Origin: Azolla caroliniana
Taxonomy: Eukaryota > Plantae > Polypodiophyta
Direction of reading: 5' to 3'
NCBI GenBank assembly: GCA_043228905.1
Contig: JBHGNT010000014.1
Location: forward strand, 16,926,001-16,990,000
DNA: 64,000 bases
A program made the position numbers and the translations under genes. The notes beneath the pieces are model-generated. The model saw only the letters and a program-made list of their open reading frames with translations, was not told the origin of the DNA and did no database searches. Below are positions 62,767 to 64,000 of this stretch, piece after piece (position 1 is the stretch's first letter; each line of letters opens with the position of its first letter).

Positions 62767-63254
62767 ATGAATTTTAAAGTTATACTAAACTTTATCCCAT
62801 GTAAATATTCTAGACATGCATGGTACAAAAAGTTATTCATGCATAGACACTCGAGTTAAAAAGAAAAGATGAGATAGAAAGCTAATCATGCACATGCAAT
62901 GTGCATGAAAACTAAAGATAGGAAAAGCATGATGCTTGCATGTGATAAACTTAGACTCTTCCAACACTATATAAGGAAGAGAGAAAGATGTATAGAGGTT
63001 GTTGATTATTTTATAAGGGTTGATTAATATAATATAATCGTGAATCCACGAGTTTGCTAACTAATTTTCTCTCTTAATTTGAGTACTCACTAATACACTA
63101 TACTCGTGGGATTCACGAGTTTTTCATATCTTTCTTTCTTACAATATATTTCATATTCTTAATTGCCTTAGAATTTTCTTTCCTCCTAGTCCAAAACCCC
63201 AACGATTCCCACCTGACTCACACAACGATCTGGAGCCGTAAGGCACGACACAAG

Positions 63255-63272
63255 TGGTGAACCCGACGTGAA
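63255..63272 (+). other. Primer-binding site for tRNA-Trp
   Basis: TGGTGAACCCGACGTGAA, identical to the PBS of element B. Confidence 0.88.
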
Positions 63273-63288
63273 CACGGGTGGCAAGGAG

Positions 63289-64000
63289 ATGGAAAATCAA
63301 CCGGAGGCTAACAACATGATGATGATGTTCGAGCGGATTCTTCAAGAACAACGTGCGATGTTAGAGATAGCGGCAGCAGTAGAGCGGCTTGTGCAACGGA
63401 TCGGGCAATTCAACGGGAAGGACGTATCGTGCTATCTTCGGGACTACAAGGCGGAAATGATACGATGCGGGATTTTGGAAGGACTGCAAGTGACATCCTT
63501 CAACCGGGTTGCTACCGATGGGCTTCAAGCAAGTATCCACGTGCTACGACAACAAAATCCGAAGTGGGAAGCATTTGAAGAGGCGTTAAAGACCACGTTC
63601 GCTATCAAGGACTCCTCCAAGGCAACACGGAGAGGATTCAAGGATTGGGTAGAAACATCGGACAAGGGGATGAAGGTCCTTGATGTGTTTTCGGCATTCG
63701 AAAGTCGGTTCGGGAGGTTGTCTGCGAGAGATCAAGCTATCCTCGCACCGGACAAAGTTATCATGTTCTTACGAGCCGTAGATGTCCGGGACCGGAAGGA
63801 TCTTGGAGTGCTTCTAGAGGACACGACTACCGAGAGTGGCCTCACTGAAACATGGGAAAGCGTGTGGGATATCGTCACGCGATACACAAAGAGGGGGCAA
63901 TGGCTTGCCAACGAAGAAAAGAGGGTTTCAGAACCGATTCCGAAACCGAGATCCGGATCGAAAGACCATCAACCGCGGGCTCGAGAAGCTACGACTAAGA
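63289..64000 (+). CDS. Retrotransposon gag, N-terminal part (open to the window end)
   Basis: MENQPEANNMMMMFERILQEQ...IGQFNGKDVSCYLRDYKAEMIRCG...WEAFEEALK...FSAFESRFGRL; no stop seen before 64000; directly follows the PBS. Confidence 0.85.
   Translation, partial: MENQPEANNMMMMFERILQEQRAMLEIAAAVERLVQRIGQFNGKDVSCYLRDYKAEMIRCGILEGLQVTSFNRVATDGLQASIHVLRQQNPKWEAFEEALKTTFAIKDSSKATRRGFKDWVETSDKGMKVLDVFSAFESRFGRLSARDQAILAPDKVIMFLRAVDVRDRKDLGVLLEDTTTESGLTETWESVWDIVTRYTKRGQWLANEEKRVSEPIPKPRSGSKDHQPRAREATTK

Larger units (their letters stand above)
62465..64000 (+). mobile_element. Ty3/gypsy element D: 5' LTR, tRNA-Trp PBS and gag (runs off the window)
   Basis: LTR ~62465-63250 (start approximate; TATATAA at ~62968; ends GGCACGACA), PBS 63255-63272, gag ATG at 63289. 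Confidence 0.85.

Overview
AT-rich land-plant nuclear DNA, probably a fern (inferred from the style of the PLS-PPR proteins and the tRNA-Trp-primed Ty3/gypsy elements). It holds five protein-coding genes among many transposons. Genes: a 7-exon VAP27/VAP4-type MSP-domain gene (9066-14398 +); two PLS-class PPR genes with single-exon ORFs and no DYW domain (16087-20115 -, 40839-44270 +); a CAF1 deadenylase with a ~100-aa insertion (23841-24956 -); and a 5-exon ~2126-aa gene (52456-60603 +) that I read as EAR-like repeats, SPOC-like domain, 2 KH and 4 RRM domains. Mobile DNA: a nested LTR-retrotransposon stack (1-5458), a hAT-type MITE with 8-bp TSD, a decayed gypsy pol, a 5'-truncated L1 LINE with TSD, a Pack-MULE with 9-bp TSD carrying a PB1-domain fragment, and the 5' end of another gypsy element at the right edge. 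Most notable: the SPOC-KH-RRM architecture, and antisense tRNA-like A/B-box cassettes inside LTRs of two different families. All domain calls are by-eye motif recognition; no database search was run.
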